Shown here in pieces: positions 40,794 to 51,724 of a stretch of DNA of 64,000 nt. This DNA is from Candidatus Omnitrophota bacterium (GTDB lineage Bacteria; Omnitrophota; Gorgyraeia; Gygaellales; Profunditerraquicolaceae), in NCBI GenBank assembly GCA_026387355.1, contig JAPLLW010000007.1:106198-170197 (forward strand). The letters are read 5' to 3'. The stretch's first letter is position 1, and every line of letters starts with the position of its first letter. The position numbers and the translations under genes are program-made. The notes under the pieces were generated by a model, which saw only the letters and a program-made list of their open reading frames with translations, did not search any database and was not told where the DNA came from.

Positions 40794-41725
40794 TATCTAT
40801 TCCTCCAATAATCTACTGTGAATTCCAATCCTTGCGTAAAATCGATTTCTGGCTTAAAACCTAAAATTCGTCTGGATTGAGTTAAATCCGCAAGTGTCCT
40901 AAAAACGTCTCCTGGCCTCTTCTTTAGAAAAATAGGCTTCACCTCTTTTTTTAGAATAATATTGATAAACCTAACTAATTCTAGAACACTGTAGTCCTTT
41001 CCCGAAGCAACATTAAATACTCCGAACTTCAAAGAGCTATTCTTTGTTGCCAAAAGATTAGCATTAACAACATTCTTTACGTAGGTAAAATCCCTGGACT
41101 GTTTTCCTGTGCCAAAAATTGGCGGCTGTTTATCCTTTAGCATAGAGTTGATGAACTTGGGTATAACTACCGCGTACTCATCATCAAGTGCCTGGCGTGC
41201 TCCGAAGACATTGAAATAGCGTAAAGCAACGCAAGGTAAATTATAATGCAGGCTAAAAATCTTGCAGTAATGCTCACCCGTCAATTTACTCAAAGCATAA
41301 GGTGAAATGGGAGCAGGCGTAAACGACTCTTTTTCGGGAAAATCCTCAACTTCCCCGTAAACAGAGCTTGATGAGGCAAAAACAAATCTTTTAACTGAAT
41401 TAGCTCTTGAGGCCTCAAGCATATTAAGTGTTCCGTCAATATTAACCCTATTGTAACTATGCGGATCGTTCATTGACTTAGGAACGCTCCTTAAGGCAGC
41501 CTGGTGCAAGACAAAATCAATCCCCTTGGTAGCTTTAAGACAAGTGGCTTTAGAAACTATGTCTCCTTTTATTATCTCGACCTTACCTTTAACTCCTGCT
41601 AGATTCTCAATTTTACCGCTGGAAAAATTATCAAATACGCGCACTCTATGCTTATCCTTAACTAACCTTTCTACGATATGAGAACCTATAAACCCAGCTC
41701 CTCCACTAACCAGGAATTTACTCAT
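40793..41725 (-). CDS. NAD-dependent nucleotide-sugar 4-epimerase (WbpP/TviC-like UDP-GlcNAc(A) C4-epimerase)
   Basis: GGAGFIGSH, catalytic YALSK, and adjacency to a WbpO/TviB-like dehydrogenase. Confidence 0.65.
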   Translation of the reverse strand: MSKFLVSGGAGFIGSHIVERLVKDKHRVRVFDNFSSGKIENLAGVKGKVEIIKGDIVSKATCLKATKGIDFVLHQAALRSVPKSMNDPHSYNRVNIDGTLNMLEASRANSVKRFVFASSSSVYGEVEDFPEKESFTPAPISPYALSKLTGEHYCKIFSLHYNLPCVALRYFNVFGARQALDDEYAVVIPKFINSMLKDKQPPIFGTGKQSRDFTYVKNVVNANLLATKNSSLKFGVFNVASGKDYSVLELVRFINIILKKEVKPIFLKKRPGDVFRTLADLTQSRRILGFKPEIDFTQGLEFTVDYWRNR

Positions 41726-43023
41726 AGCCTGACCACCTTTCCAATATTTCTGCCGCGATATACATTACGCGCATCAAATATCAATTTAGAATTTCTTAAA
41801 ATAAAATTATAATCTAAGGTGGAATGATCCGTAGCTATAACTACGCAGTCAAATTTAGCTAAATTTTGGCCGGATATAGCGGAAGATTTTAAATCGACGT
41901 CTTTTACCTTTAAATACGGGATTAGTGGGTCATAGTAAGAGATTTTTGCCCCTCGTTTCTTTAAGCTGCTGATCAAATCAATGCTCGGAGACTGTCGCAA
42001 ATCCTTAATATCTCTTTTATATGTCACTCCAACCACAAGAATCCTTTTCCCCTTAAGACTTTTCTTAATCGCTTCCTGAATGCGCAGTGCTACGTATTCA
42101 GGCATATAGCTGATGACATCTGAGGCCAGACGGATAAAACGGGAGTAAAAACCAAAGCTTTTGGCTTTCCAGTGCAAGTATAATGGATCTTTTGGTATGC
42201 AATGTCCTCCCACTCCAGGCCCCGGATAAAATGGCATGAAACCAAACGGTTTAGTAGAAGCAGCGCTTACTACTTCCCATATATCAATTTTCATCTTATG
42301 TGCCATCATCGCTAACTCATCTATTAAACCGATATTAATTAATCGGAAGGTATTTTCCAATAATTTAACCGTTTCAGCAGCCCTAGCGCTAGAAACTGGT
42401 ACTACTTTATCAATAATAATCTTATAGATTTCTGCCCCCCGGAGGGTTGCCTCCCTATTTATCCCTCCGATAACTTTAGGAATTTTATTAACTGGAAATT
42501 TCACATTACCCGGATCAATTCTTTCAGGAGAAAAACAAAGAAAGAAATCTTTTCCGTGTTCTAGGCCTGCTTTCTCAAAAATCGGGAGTAGCTCTTCATC
42601 AGTTGTCCCAGGATAAGTAGTGCTCTCCAGAATGACCAAAGCACCTTTTTTAATATAACTAACCACGGATTGAACCGCACTTTTTATATAGGATATATCC
42701 GGTAAGTTTTTTCTCTTTAGAGGTGTTGGGACACAGACTAATACAGCATCGCAATCTTTGATTACCGAGAAATCCGAGGTTGCGCTAAAACAGCCCTTTT
42801 TTAGAATGCTCTTTAATTCTTTGCTCGAAACATCGCTTATATAAGATTCCTTGCATTGAATATGCCTTAGGCGGTCCTTATCAATTTCTATCCCCATAAC
42901 CGGAATACCCTTCTTTGCAAATTCAATAGCTAGGGGAAAACCAACATAGCCCAAACCCACTATAGCGATCCTTAACTCATTTATTCTTATTTTTCTCTTA
43001 AATCCTGATAAAAGATTACTCAT
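41722..43023 (-). CDS. UDP-N-acetyl-D-glucosamine/mannosamine 6-dehydrogenase (WbpO/TviB/WecC family)
   Basis: IAIVGLGYVGFPLA N-terminus. Catalytic GGHCIPKD. UDP-sugar dehydrogenase C-terminal domain. Confidence 0.75.
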   Translation of the reverse strand: MSNLLSGFKRKIRINELRIAIVGLGYVGFPLAIEFAKKGIPVMGIEIDKDRLRHIQCKESYISDVSSKELKSILKKGCFSATSDFSVIKDCDAVLVCVPTPLKRKNLPDISYIKSAVQSVVSYIKKGALVILESTTYPGTTDEELLPIFEKAGLEHGKDFFLCFSPERIDPGNVKFPVNKIPKVIGGINREATLRGAEIYKIIIDKVVPVSSARAAETVKLLENTFRLINIGLIDELAMMAHKMKIDIWEVVSAASTKPFGFMPFYPGPGVGGHCIPKDPLYLHWKAKSFGFYSRFIRLASDVISYMPEYVALRIQEAIKKSLKGKRILVVGVTYKRDIKDLRQSPSIDLISSLKKRGAKISYYDPLIPYLKVKDVDLKSSAISGQNLAKFDCVVIATDHSTLDYNFILRNSKLIFDARNVYRGRNIGKVVRL

Positions 43024-44314
43024 TGCCTCTGCCTACTCCTATATAAGTAAAACCGGCATCTTTAATTAACTTAGGATTATAAATATTCCTACCGTCGACT
43101 AAAAGTGGACGCCTAACAATTTTCTTAAGTTTAGAGAAATCAAGCTCTTTAAATTCGCCCCATTCTGTAGCAAGTAAAATGCAATCCGCGCCCTTAGACG
43201 CCTTATAGGCATCTTGACAAAAGGTAACTCCTTTTAAAATATTCTTAGCGTTAGTCATTGCCTTGGGATCATAAACCTTAATTTTTGCACCTTCGGCTTT
43301 CAGTAGATTTATCAAATCTATACTCGGCGAATTCCTCAAATCATCCGTATTAGGTTTAAAGGTAAGGCCCAAAACAGCAATAGTTTTGTCTTTAATAATC
43401 CAGAGCGCATCTTTAATTTTTTGTAAAACATATAATTTTTGTTTCTCGTTAGTCTCCCTAACAGCTTTAAGAATCTCGAAATCATACCCAAGTTTTTCAG
43501 AAATATTCATAAATGCCTCAAGGTCTTTAGGAAAACAGGATCCTCCATAACCTATACCTGCATGTAGAAAGTACTTACCGATACGGTTATCTAAGCCCAT
43601 CCCCTGAGCAACCTCCTTTACATCCGCTCCAGTTAAATCACAGATACGCGATACAGAATTTATAAAAGATATTTTTGTAGCCAAAAAGGCATTTGAGGCA
43701 TGCTTAATAAGTTCGGCTGACTGAATATTAGTAAAGATGATGGGGCAATTTAAGTACGAATAAAGCTTGAGCATAATCTGTCTTGCTTTAATACTTTCTA
43801 CTCCTACAACTATGCGGTCAGGGTGCGTAAAGTCGTAAATGGCAGAACCTTCGCGCAAGAATTCAGGGTTAGAAACAATATCAAACTTTATATTTTTCTT
43901 TAAATAAGTACTTAAAGTTTTCTTAATCCAATTGCATGTAGCAACCGGAACTGTTGATTTCTCAACAATTAAGCGGTAGCCATCCATGCTTAAAGCGATA
44001 TTACGCGCAACATTTTCTATCCCTGTAAGGTCGGCCTCTCCATTTTCTAATGGCGGAGTACCTACAGCAATAAAAATAATTTCAGAGGTTTTAACAGCTT
44101 CTTTTATGCTTGTAATAAATGTGAGTCTTTTATTTTTGGCGTTACGCTTAATCAATTCATCCAAACCCGGCTCATATATCGGGATTAACCCTTCCTTAAG
44201 ATTGCTTATTTTCTTAACGTCATTATCAACACAAGTTACCTTATTACCTAGCTCAGCTAAACATGCCCCTGTTACTAAACCCACGTATCCTGAGCCGATT
44301 ATTGAGATATTCAT
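43016..44314 (-). CDS. ugd: UDP-glucose 6-dehydrogenase
   Basis: MNISIIGSGYVGLVTGACLAELG N-terminus and GGSCFPKD catalytic motif. Confidence 0.85.
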   Translation of the reverse strand: MNISIIGSGYVGLVTGACLAELGNKVTCVDNDVKKISNLKEGLIPIYEPGLDELIKRNAKNKRLTFITSIKEAVKTSEIIFIAVGTPPLENGEADLTGIENVARNIALSMDGYRLIVEKSTVPVATCNWIKKTLSTYLKKNIKFDIVSNPEFLREGSAIYDFTHPDRIVVGVESIKARQIMLKLYSYLNCPIIFTNIQSAELIKHASNAFLATKISFINSVSRICDLTGADVKEVAQGMGLDNRIGKYFLHAGIGYGGSCFPKDLEAFMNISEKLGYDFEILKAVRETNEKQKLYVLQKIKDALWIIKDKTIAVLGLTFKPNTDDLRNSPSIDLINLLKAEGAKIKVYDPKAMTNAKNILKGVTFCQDAYKASKGADCILLATEWGEFKELDFSKLKKIVRRPLLVDGRNIYNPKLIKDAGFTYIGVGRGNE

Positions 44315-44325
44315 ATTAACCCCCT

Positions 44326-46593
44326 TTAAGAACCAGATTTTGGCGCATTATAGCTTTGATCGAATCCGAATTCACCTTCTGGGAATGCCTTTAATCTGAA
44401 TACTACAAATAGGCCCTCACCGCTATTTGCCTGTTTACTATAAGTCAGGTCTACTTCCCAGCAATGCAGGTCCCTTGAGATTGTGTACTGTTGTTCAAGC
44501 GAGCCTTTGAAAATCTCTGGGTTTCCTACGGTAGTTTGATCACCATACGATTTCAAATTGTAGCGCTGATAAATTGAAAACTTCCATTTAGGGTTAATCC
44601 GCCACTTAAGTTCTGCGGTTATTTGATTGCCCTGTTTTCTTTCGTAGCGCTGGCCAAATCCAAAAGAGCGTTCCGGCGCAAAAGTAAAATCTATATCGTA
44701 ATCCACTTTAGAAAAATGATTGTAATTTGCATAGTCCGGATCAGAGGGCACGCCTGAATGCTTATACGTAGCATCTCCTTCAATTCTTAACCAGGCATAA
44801 GGAAGGATCTTGAACTTTAATAATACGTCTTGGAAAGAAGCACCTAGCTTATAGGAATCGTTGACATTAACCTGTTTAACGTAAATATCATTTTCGGGAG
44901 TAAGGCTAGTCCCGTAAACATTATGCGGAGCAAAAGCATAGCTGGTGTTTATATCGAACTCAACAAGGTCTACATTTTTCTCTTTACCATCTGTATCCTT
45001 GCGCTTTGTCTGTAGTTTGTTTACTAACTCCAGACTTGCTGAGTTACTTGCAGTAAGCAAGTCTACGCTATCGATCTGGAACAATTTGATAGCAGATACG
45101 GTTGGCTTAGTATTATAGGAATAATGAATGCTTGGTGTAATTACATGCCTTAGTTTATTTATATCTAAACCCATAAAATCTGTTTTCACATCAAACAGGC
45201 GGTAAAACTTCGTACTTAAATCAGCTCCTCCATAAAAAATTGTCCTTGCCGGTAGGACTTGCCCATCTGCTCCTTGATCATATACTGTTTCCCTGAACTT
45301 TACAAAAGGAGAAAACTCTAAGAAAGCAATTTTCATTGGTATAAATAATTTATTGTCTGTATCGAGCCTTGTATCTTTTACTGCAGAGGTAGTTGCTGGA
45401 GCCGTAGTTGCACTTTTATTAAAAGTTACCAAAGTAGTATTATTTTCGAAATGAAAAGGCGAACTTCCTAGCTGAATATTGGGTAAGGTGTATTTTATCT
45501 CCGGAAGTTTATCTAGCGTATCATACCAATGGTTAATACGTTTCTGGAATAGAACATCTATGCTTGAGTAGGCAAAATTATGATGAAATTGAGCATAAGT
45601 TAAGGGCTCCATATTCTTTTCAAACTCGCGGAAGAAATAGTCCTGAAGAAAATCGCTCTGCGAGTTACCATATTTTCTCTTATCATCTTTAACCTTTACT
45701 ATTTCAGTTATAAAATTTGTCTGTTTGTCGATATCCCATTTGTGGCGGTAACGAATCATATATCTCTGGTCCACCATTTTAATAGCATCTGATGAGTCAG
45801 CATTTTGGTTCGTATAATAGAACTTAAAAACACCTTTCCCAAACTTAGAATCGTAATTTGCCCCAATACCTTCTGACCAACCCCAGTTCCAACGATAGTC
45901 AAGATAAAATCTGCCGTCAAGATTATTAGCTATATTGAATCTTAGTACACTTAGTACGTACATCCCCCACTCCTTGCTTTTTCCAGGGACAACGCTCCAG
46001 TGCATTAGCGGGTCTTCTAATATGCGGTTAAAACGCGGTATATACAAAAGAGGGAAACCTCCTAAATAGAAATAATTATCCCTTGTCTGGATACTTTCCT
46101 GAGGAACAATGTTTATCTGTTTTGAGCTGATTTTATAATGCGGCCGGTCAAAACTACAGGTGGTTACATATCCTTTACGCGCTACGAACTCGCTCTCGTT
46201 GGTTTTTTCAACGAATCTTGCCTTACCAAAATAAGGGTTAGCTCTAAATTGCGCATCAACGATCGTACCCATATGCGTTTGAAAATTATAAATCAACTTT
46301 TCTCCCTCCACAATCCCCTGGCTATCTTCAAGCCTGACATTACCCGAAGCAGTCCCTTCTTTGGTCAGAGTATTTACGGTTAATTTTTGACAGGTAAGTC
46401 TTGAGCCAGAGTAGAGTATCTCTACATTCCCGGTAGCAGTGACCTCCTGGGCATCAGTAGAATACTCTACGACATCGCCATTAAGTATCATTGGCTGGGC
46501 TCTTGAGCCTGAAGAAGTAATGCCTTCGGAAAAAACAGGCAATATGCTGACTGCTATTAGGATTAATGAAATTAAATATACTTTCTTAAGCAT
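44326..46593 (-). CDS. lptD: LPS-assembly protein LptD (OstA)
   Basis: Signal peptide, OstA/LptA-like N-terminal domain, large C-terminal barrel. 755 aa. Confidence 0.8.
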   Translation of the reverse strand: MLKKVYLISLILIAVSILPVFSEGITSSGSRAQPMILNGDVVEYSTDAQEVTATGNVEILYSGSRLTCQKLTVNTLTKEGTASGNVRLEDSQGIVEGEKLIYNFQTHMGTIVDAQFRANPYFGKARFVEKTNESEFVARKGYVTTCSFDRPHYKISSKQINIVPQESIQTRDNYFYLGGFPLLYIPRFNRILEDPLMHWSVVPGKSKEWGMYVLSVLRFNIANNLDGRFYLDYRWNWGWSEGIGANYDSKFGKGVFKFYYTNQNADSSDAIKMVDQRYMIRYRHKWDIDKQTNFITEIVKVKDDKRKYGNSQSDFLQDYFFREFEKNMEPLTYAQFHHNFAYSSIDVLFQKRINHWYDTLDKLPEIKYTLPNIQLGSSPFHFENNTTLVTFNKSATTAPATTSAVKDTRLDTDNKLFIPMKIAFLEFSPFVKFRETVYDQGADGQVLPARTIFYGGADLSTKFYRLFDVKTDFMGLDINKLRHVITPSIHYSYNTKPTVSAIKLFQIDSVDLLTASNSASLELVNKLQTKRKDTDGKEKNVDLVEFDINTSYAFAPHNVYGTSLTPENDIYVKQVNVNDSYKLGASFQDVLLKFKILPYAWLRIEGDATYKHSGVPSDPDYANYNHFSKVDYDIDFTFAPERSFGFGQRYERKQGNQITAELKWRINPKWKFSIYQRYNLKSYGDQTTVGNPEIFKGSLEQQYTISRDLHCWEVDLTYSKQANSGEGLFVVFRLKAFPEGEFGFDQSYNAPKSGS

Positions 46594-47238
46594 TTATTTG
46601 GGTATTTTTTTGGAGTCTTCCAGGAATCGCTGTATACCGATATCAGTAAGCGGGTGTTTTATCAACTGTTCAATTACCGTAAATGGAATAGTGGCAATAT
46701 CTGCTCCGATGAGTGCCGCATCCAAGACATGCACAGGGTTACGCACCGAAGCAACAATTATCTCTGTTTTAAACGAATAGTTATTATAGATTGTCTTTAT
46801 ATTACGAATTAGATCCATGCCAACCTGGCTTATGTCATCAAGCCGGCCGATAAATGGCGAGACATAATTTCCTCCTGCCTTGGCTACAAGCAGTGCCTGG
46901 TTCGCAGAAAAACAAAGGGTTGTGTTTGTCTTTATCCCTTCTTGGGCAAGACACCTAACCGCCTTAATCCCATCCTTAGTTAAAGGAACCTTGATTACTA
47001 TATTCTTGGCAATTTTAGTAAGTAGCCTTGCTTCCTTTAGCATTCCCTCAACATCAAGGCTGAGTACTTCTGCGCTAATCGGACCGGTTACTAAGGTAGC
47101 AATCTCCTTCAGTAAATCTTCTGCAGGCCTATTTTCTTTTGCTATAAGGCTGGGATTTGTAGTTACTCCATCAATAAGGCCTAAACTAACAGCTTCTTTA
47201 ATTTCCTTAATGCTTGCGGTATCAATAAATATCTTCAT
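46594..47238 (-). CDS. tal: Transaldolase / fructose-6-phosphate aldolase (type 3B)
   Basis: [31 protein letters not shown]. The start was moved to the internal MKIF; the 13-codon ORF-track extension is unsupported. Confidence 0.8.
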   Translation of the reverse strand: MKIFIDTASIKEIKEAVSLGLIDGVTTNPSLIAKENRPAEDLLKEIATLVTGPISAEVLSLDVEGMLKEARLLTKIAKNIVIKVPLTKDGIKAVRCLAQEGIKTNTTLCFSANQALLVAKAGGNYVSPFIGRLDDISQVGMDLIRNIKTIYNNYSFKTEIIVASVRNPVHVLDAALIGADIATIPFTVIEQLIKHPLTDIGIQRFLEDSKKIPK

Positions 47239-47242
47239 AAAC

Positions 47243-48163
47243 CTATATCCCTTCGCGAACCATAATTGCGGCGCCAATTAGCCCTGCTTCATTACCTAAC
47301 TTTGCCTTAATTATTCTTACGCGTTTAAACTGAACACTCATTGCCTGCTTTCTTAAGGTTTCTTTAATGCTATCAAAAAGAGGGCTTCCGGCATTAGCAA
47401 CTCCTCCTCCTAAAACTATTGCATCCAGATTTAATAGATTTATTACGCCGGCTAGCGCAAATCCCAGATGCGCACCCACATTATGCCAAACAGAAAGCGC
47501 TTTTTGATTATGTTTTGCAGCCAACGCACTTAGCTCTTCAAGGGTAATCGTTCTTTTAAAAACTTTTTTTGCCTGGTTAATAATCCTTCTGTTGCCAACA
47601 TAGGCTTCGAGACATCCTATGCTACCGCAATTACAATATGCGCCTTTTTCATTTATCGGCAAATGCCCAACTTCACCAGCAGCATTATTAAAACCGCGGT
47701 AAAGTTTACCATTAAGAATAATCCCCCCACCAATCCCCGTGCCCAACGTCATACATAAAACATTATATAGCCCTTTTGCCGCCCCTAATTTATATTCGGC
47801 TAAAGTCATAAGCTTTGCGTCATTATCAATAAATACCGGAAGACCTAATTCTTTCTTTAGGATATCCCTAAGCTTCACTTCCTTCCACCCGGGAATATTA
47901 GGAAAGAAATGTACTATACCCGCTTTTGCATCAACAGGGCCCGGCAGGCCTAGTCCTACGCCGGAAATCTGAGCCTTGCCTAAATTATTGTATTTGATGA
48001 ATCTGTTTACGGAGTAGACTATGCCATGGATAAGGTCGTCTTTTTCCATAAAAGAACGGGTGCTCAGGACTTCTTTATCTTTGATATTGTAAGCTGGATC
48101 CAGGAGGGCTACTTTTAGATTAGTACCGCCTAAATCAATAGCGATAACATATTTTTTGTTCAT
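47243..48163 (-). CDS. ROK-family sugar kinase (glucokinase-like)
   Basis: [20 protein letters not shown] and [12 protein letters not shown] zinc motif. Start moved to the internal ATG. Confidence 0.75.
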   Translation of the reverse strand: MNKKYVIAIDLGGTNLKVALLDPAYNIKDKEVLSTRSFMEKDDLIHGIVYSVNRFIKYNNLGKAQISGVGLGLPGPVDAKAGIVHFFPNIPGWKEVKLRDILKKELGLPVFIDNDAKLMTLAEYKLGAAKGLYNVLCMTLGTGIGGGIILNGKLYRGFNNAAGEVGHLPINEKGAYCNCGSIGCLEAYVGNRRIINQAKKVFKRTITLEELSALAAKHNQKALSVWHNVGAHLGFALAGVINLLNLDAIVLGGGVANAGSPLFDSIKETLRKQAMSVQFKRVRIIKAKLGNEAGLIGAAIMVREGI

Positions 48164-48268
48164 ATTAATGTAATAATACCCAAACCTAAAGTTGGCAAAC
48201 AATTACGACAAATATTTAGATAGATTACCATAAAAATTTAGAAGCTTCAAGGGATATCTTAAGGAAGG

Positions 48269-49264
48269 CTATATTGCTTTGTGCGCGCATACCTTATTTC
48301 TACCTGCCTGCTTAGCCATATAAAGAGCCTTATCCGCTGCCTCAATAATCTCAGTAGTATCTTCGCCGTCTCCAGAAAAAGTTGCAACCCCAATGCTGAT
48401 TGTCACTTTTAGCTCTTCGTCATAAACTTTAATTCTCTTTAGCTCAATCTCGTGACGCAAACGCTCTGCGACAAAAAGTGCCTGCTGCTTGTTTGCCTCA
48501 GCTAATACAACTGCTAGTTCTTCTCCTCCATATCGGCCCACAAAATCAATCTGCCTAAGGGATTCCTTAATCGTCTTAGAAACCTCTCTTAATATTGCAT
48601 CTCCTACAAGATGGCCATATTTATCATTGCAATTCTTAAATTTGTCTATATCAATCATAAAAAAAGAGAAACAGAGCTTAAATTTCCTGGAACGCCTCAG
48701 TTCCTCCTTTAGTCTATCTAAGAAATGCCTACGGCTAAATAGCTGTGTTAAACTATCCGTAATCGAGAGTTCTTGTACTTTCTTATACAAAAAAGCTCTC
48801 TTAATGCCGATTAGGAATTGCTGTCCCAAGATCTGAAACCTATCCTTATCTTTATCGGGAATACCCTTAGCTATTAAATAACCGACTTTATCCTGCTGAA
48901 TTGCTAAAGGCAAAACCGTGCATCCTTTGCATTGGGTTAAATCAGCATCCTTGGTAAGAAATTGACAGCTGCTTATTTCAATATGATTCTTCAATTGCTC
49001 GTTAAAAATTGTAAATATCTTTTCTTCATCCAGCGATTTACAGAGCTGTTTTGTAATATCGTAGAGGGCGATTGTCTGGGCTACGCTATCTTCTAATCGT
49101 AAATTATCACTATTAAGCCTAGCGTTTTCTAGAGAGAACTTTTCATGCTCATCGTTCAAATGAGCGCACTCTCTCTTCTTACTTAAAAGCCTATGTTTTA
49201 GGATCTTATTTAACAAAGCTACTGCTGAAATAGAAATCAGAATTAACGCGCCTATATACAACAT
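48269..49264 (-). CDS. Membrane-anchored GGDEF diguanylate cyclase
   Basis: N-terminal TM helix and a GGDEF domain with the RYGGEEL active site. Confidence 0.75.
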   Translation of the reverse strand: MLYIGALILISISAVALLNKILKHRLLSKKRECAHLNDEHEKFSLENARLNSDNLRLEDSVAQTIALYDITKQLCKSLDEEKIFTIFNEQLKNHIEISSCQFLTKDADLTQCKGCTVLPLAIQQDKVGYLIAKGIPDKDKDRFQILGQQFLIGIKRAFLYKKVQELSITDSLTQLFSRRHFLDRLKEELRRSRKFKLCFSFFMIDIDKFKNCNDKYGHLVGDAILREVSKTIKESLRQIDFVGRYGGEELAVVLAEANKQQALFVAERLRHEIELKRIKVYDEELKVTISIGVATFSGDGEDTTEIIEAADKALYMAKQAGRNKVCAHKAI

Positions 49265-50550
49265 ACTTGGTTTCTTCCTTTTTGCTTAGCTTGATACATC
49301 GCTTTGTCAGATGAACGGATTAACTCGACTTCATCAACTATTTCAGCAGAGAGTTCAGCCAGGCCAATCGAAACAGTCACATGTGTTTCGGTCCTACGCA
49401 ACAGTATCCTTTCCTTTTCTATTGCCTTGCGCAGTTTCTCAGCTGCATTAAAAGCCTCTACCTTACTTAATCCACTGACGACTATACAAAACTCTTCTCC
49501 TCCAAAACGGCTAATCAAAGGATTAAGGCTACCTAATGATTCAAGGATTAGTTGGCTCACCTTCTTTAATACAATATCACCGGCCATATGCCCAAACTCA
49601 TCGTTATAATTCTTAAATAAGTCGATATCGACCATGATAAAAATCAATGATCTATTCAAATGCTTGCTTCTAGTACATTCTTCTTTTAAACGTTCTAGAA
49701 AATAGCCCTTGGAATAAAATCCGGTTAAGGCGTCGCGAATTGCTAATTCCTGCGTCTTTTTAAACAACTCGCTATTTTCAATTGCAACCGCACCTAAATC
49801 TGAGATGGCAACCAAAAATCTCAAATCGTCCTGATTAAAGAACTTCTGAATTTGACTATCAAGCCTAAGGATCCCAAGGAACTTATTTTCGCTAATCAAT
49901 GGCGAGCTAACTAAAGACAAAACACTTCGCATATCTAGCTCTTTAAACTTTTCGACATCAAAACGGAAATCGTTTTTAATATCCTCGATCAAAAGTGGGG
50001 TAGAGTGCCTAAGCACCCAAAGATCAAAGATACTCCCTTCTTTGGTTTTTATAACCATTGAGAGATCTTCTTTTTTTGTCTTAAAAAGGCCGAGTTTTTG
50101 GGTACGGCTTTCAACCAAATACAATAAACACACCCCTTTATTGCGACCAATCAGGCTAAAGGCATCGTTAGCCAAAATCTCAGCAACTAGATCAAGATCT
50201 AGCCCTTGACTTATTTTTTCAAGAATATTTTTGAGGTTATTAATACGCTGGAAGTTTTCCTGGAGGGCAAGATTATTCTGCTTTTTTCTTGTGTATTCAG
50301 CATCTAGGATGTTGGTTTTTTCATTAAGCTCTTGCATCCGAAAATCTAGGGCATAATTTAAAACAGAGAATCTTCTAAGAAGATAATAAATTAAGCTCAC
50401 GTTTAGTAGGTAAAATAGAAGTAGGATCTTAAACTGTCTTCCGGGGATAATTAATGCTAAATAGTTTGGGAGGATAAGATAAGCTAGTACGAAGATTATT
50501 ACGTAGCCAGTGAACTTTAAGGGATAAGCTCTCCCTAAAGGATTAGACAT
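49252..50550 (-). CDS. Membrane GAF-GGDEF diguanylate cyclase
   Basis: Two N-terminal TM helices, a GAF-like middle domain, and a GGDEF domain with RFGGEEF. Confidence 0.75.
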   Translation of the reverse strand: MSNPLGRAYPLKFTGYVIIFVLAYLILPNYLALIIPGRQFKILLLFYLLNVSLIYYLLRRFSVLNYALDFRMQELNEKTNILDAEYTRKKQNNLALQENFQRINNLKNILEKISQGLDLDLVAEILANDAFSLIGRNKGVCLLYLVESRTQKLGLFKTKKEDLSMVIKTKEGSIFDLWVLRHSTPLLIEDIKNDFRFDVEKFKELDMRSVLSLVSSPLISENKFLGILRLDSQIQKFFNQDDLRFLVAISDLGAVAIENSELFKKTQELAIRDALTGFYSKGYFLERLKEECTRSKHLNRSLIFIMVDIDLFKNYNDEFGHMAGDIVLKKVSQLILESLGSLNPLISRFGGEEFCIVVSGLSKVEAFNAAEKLRKAIEKERILLRRTETHVTVSIGLAELSAEIVDEVELIRSSDKAMYQAKQKGRNQVCCI

Positions 50551-50568
50551 AGGGAATATTAGGGCCTC

Positions 50569-51672
50569 TTACACAATCGTCTCTTCAGTATCCTTATCGA
50601 AGAAGTGTGCCTTGCTCATATCAAAAACCAAATCCATATCTTGATTAATCTTGGGCCGGTCATGCGCTCCCACGCGAGCGATAAATGTATGCTTACCTGT
50701 ATTTAGGTAGAGGTAAACTTCTGAACCTATGGGTTCAAAAACTTCGCACTTTACCCTGACAATATTCTCAGGTGGCGCTTCAGATACAAAGAGTTTATCG
50801 TATATATCCTCAGAGCGTATACCAAAGGTCAGCTCTCTGTCTATGTAAGAGGTCATTTTCTGACGTATATCATCAACCAATTTTACGTGGATCTTACCTT
50901 CATCAAAATAAAGGCGACCATCTTTCTTGATAATTTTACCCTGCATAAAATTCATCGGAGGTGATCCAATAAAACCGGCAACAAATTTATTTTTCGGATG
51001 GTCGTATACTTGAATCGGATCTGCCACCTGATGCAGGATCCCATCTTTCATCACCGCGATCCTATCCCCCATAGTCATAGCTTCCACCTGATCATGAGTA
51101 ACATAGATAATCGTAGTCTGCAACCTAGTATGTAACTTATGTATCTCTGTACGCATCTGCACGCGCATCTTAGCATCAAGATTGCTTAATGGTTCGTCAA
51201 AAAGAAAAACCATGGGTTTTCTAACAATCGCTCTGCCTACCGCTACGCGTTGACGCTCGCCACCAGATAGCTCTTTAGGTTTACGATTAAGCAACTTCTT
51301 TATCCCTAATATATCCGCAGCATCATTGACGCGTTGAATTATTTCGGCCTTAGGAATTCGTCTTAACCTTAGACCAAAAGACATATTTTCAAATGCCGTC
51401 ATATGCGGATAAAGAGCGTAATTCTGAAAGACCATAGCAATATCCCTATCCTTTGCCGGCAAATCATTAACTAGTTTATTGCCAATATAGATCTCTCCGG
51501 CGCTGATATCTTCTAAGCCGGCAATCATCCTCAAGGTAGTGGATTTGCCACAACCAGAAGGGCCGACTAAGACCATAAATTCTTTGTTTTCTATACTTAA
51601 GTTTACAGCATCTACCGCTTTAATATTACCCGGGAAAACTTTGCAGACATTTCTCAGGCTTACCTGTGCCAT
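50569..51672 (-). CDS. Sugar ABC transporter ATP-binding protein (MalK/UgpC/MsiK type)
   Basis: Walker A GPSGCGKST, LSGGERQRVA signature, and C-terminal TOBE/MalK regulatory domain. Confidence 0.85.
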   Translation of the reverse strand: MAQVSLRNVCKVFPGNIKAVDAVNLSIENKEFMVLVGPSGCGKSTTLRMIAGLEDISAGEIYIGNKLVNDLPAKDRDIAMVFQNYALYPHMTAFENMSFGLRLRRIPKAEIIQRVNDAADILGIKKLLNRKPKELSGGERQRVAVGRAIVRKPMVFLFDEPLSNLDAKMRVQMRTEIHKLHTRLQTTIIYVTHDQVEAMTMGDRIAVMKDGILHQVADPIQVYDHPKNKFVAGFIGSPPMNFMQGKIIKKDGRLYFDEGKIHVKLVDDIRQKMTSYIDRELTFGIRSEDIYDKLFVSEAPPENIVRVKCEVFEPIGSEVYLYLNTGKHTFIARVGAHDRPKINQDMDLVFDMSKAHFFDKDTEETIV

Positions 51673-51724
51673 GCTTCTCCTTAATTATACTAATTATTAA
51701 TTACGCCTTTTAAGTATATTCAAT

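Noticed and set aside
47239-47277. 13-codon N-terminal extensions of the transaldolase ORF (to 47277) and the ROK kinase ORF (to 48202)
   Set aside because: The conserved N-termini begin at internal Met codons ([21 protein letters not shown]). The extensions add unconserved residues and create gene overlaps.
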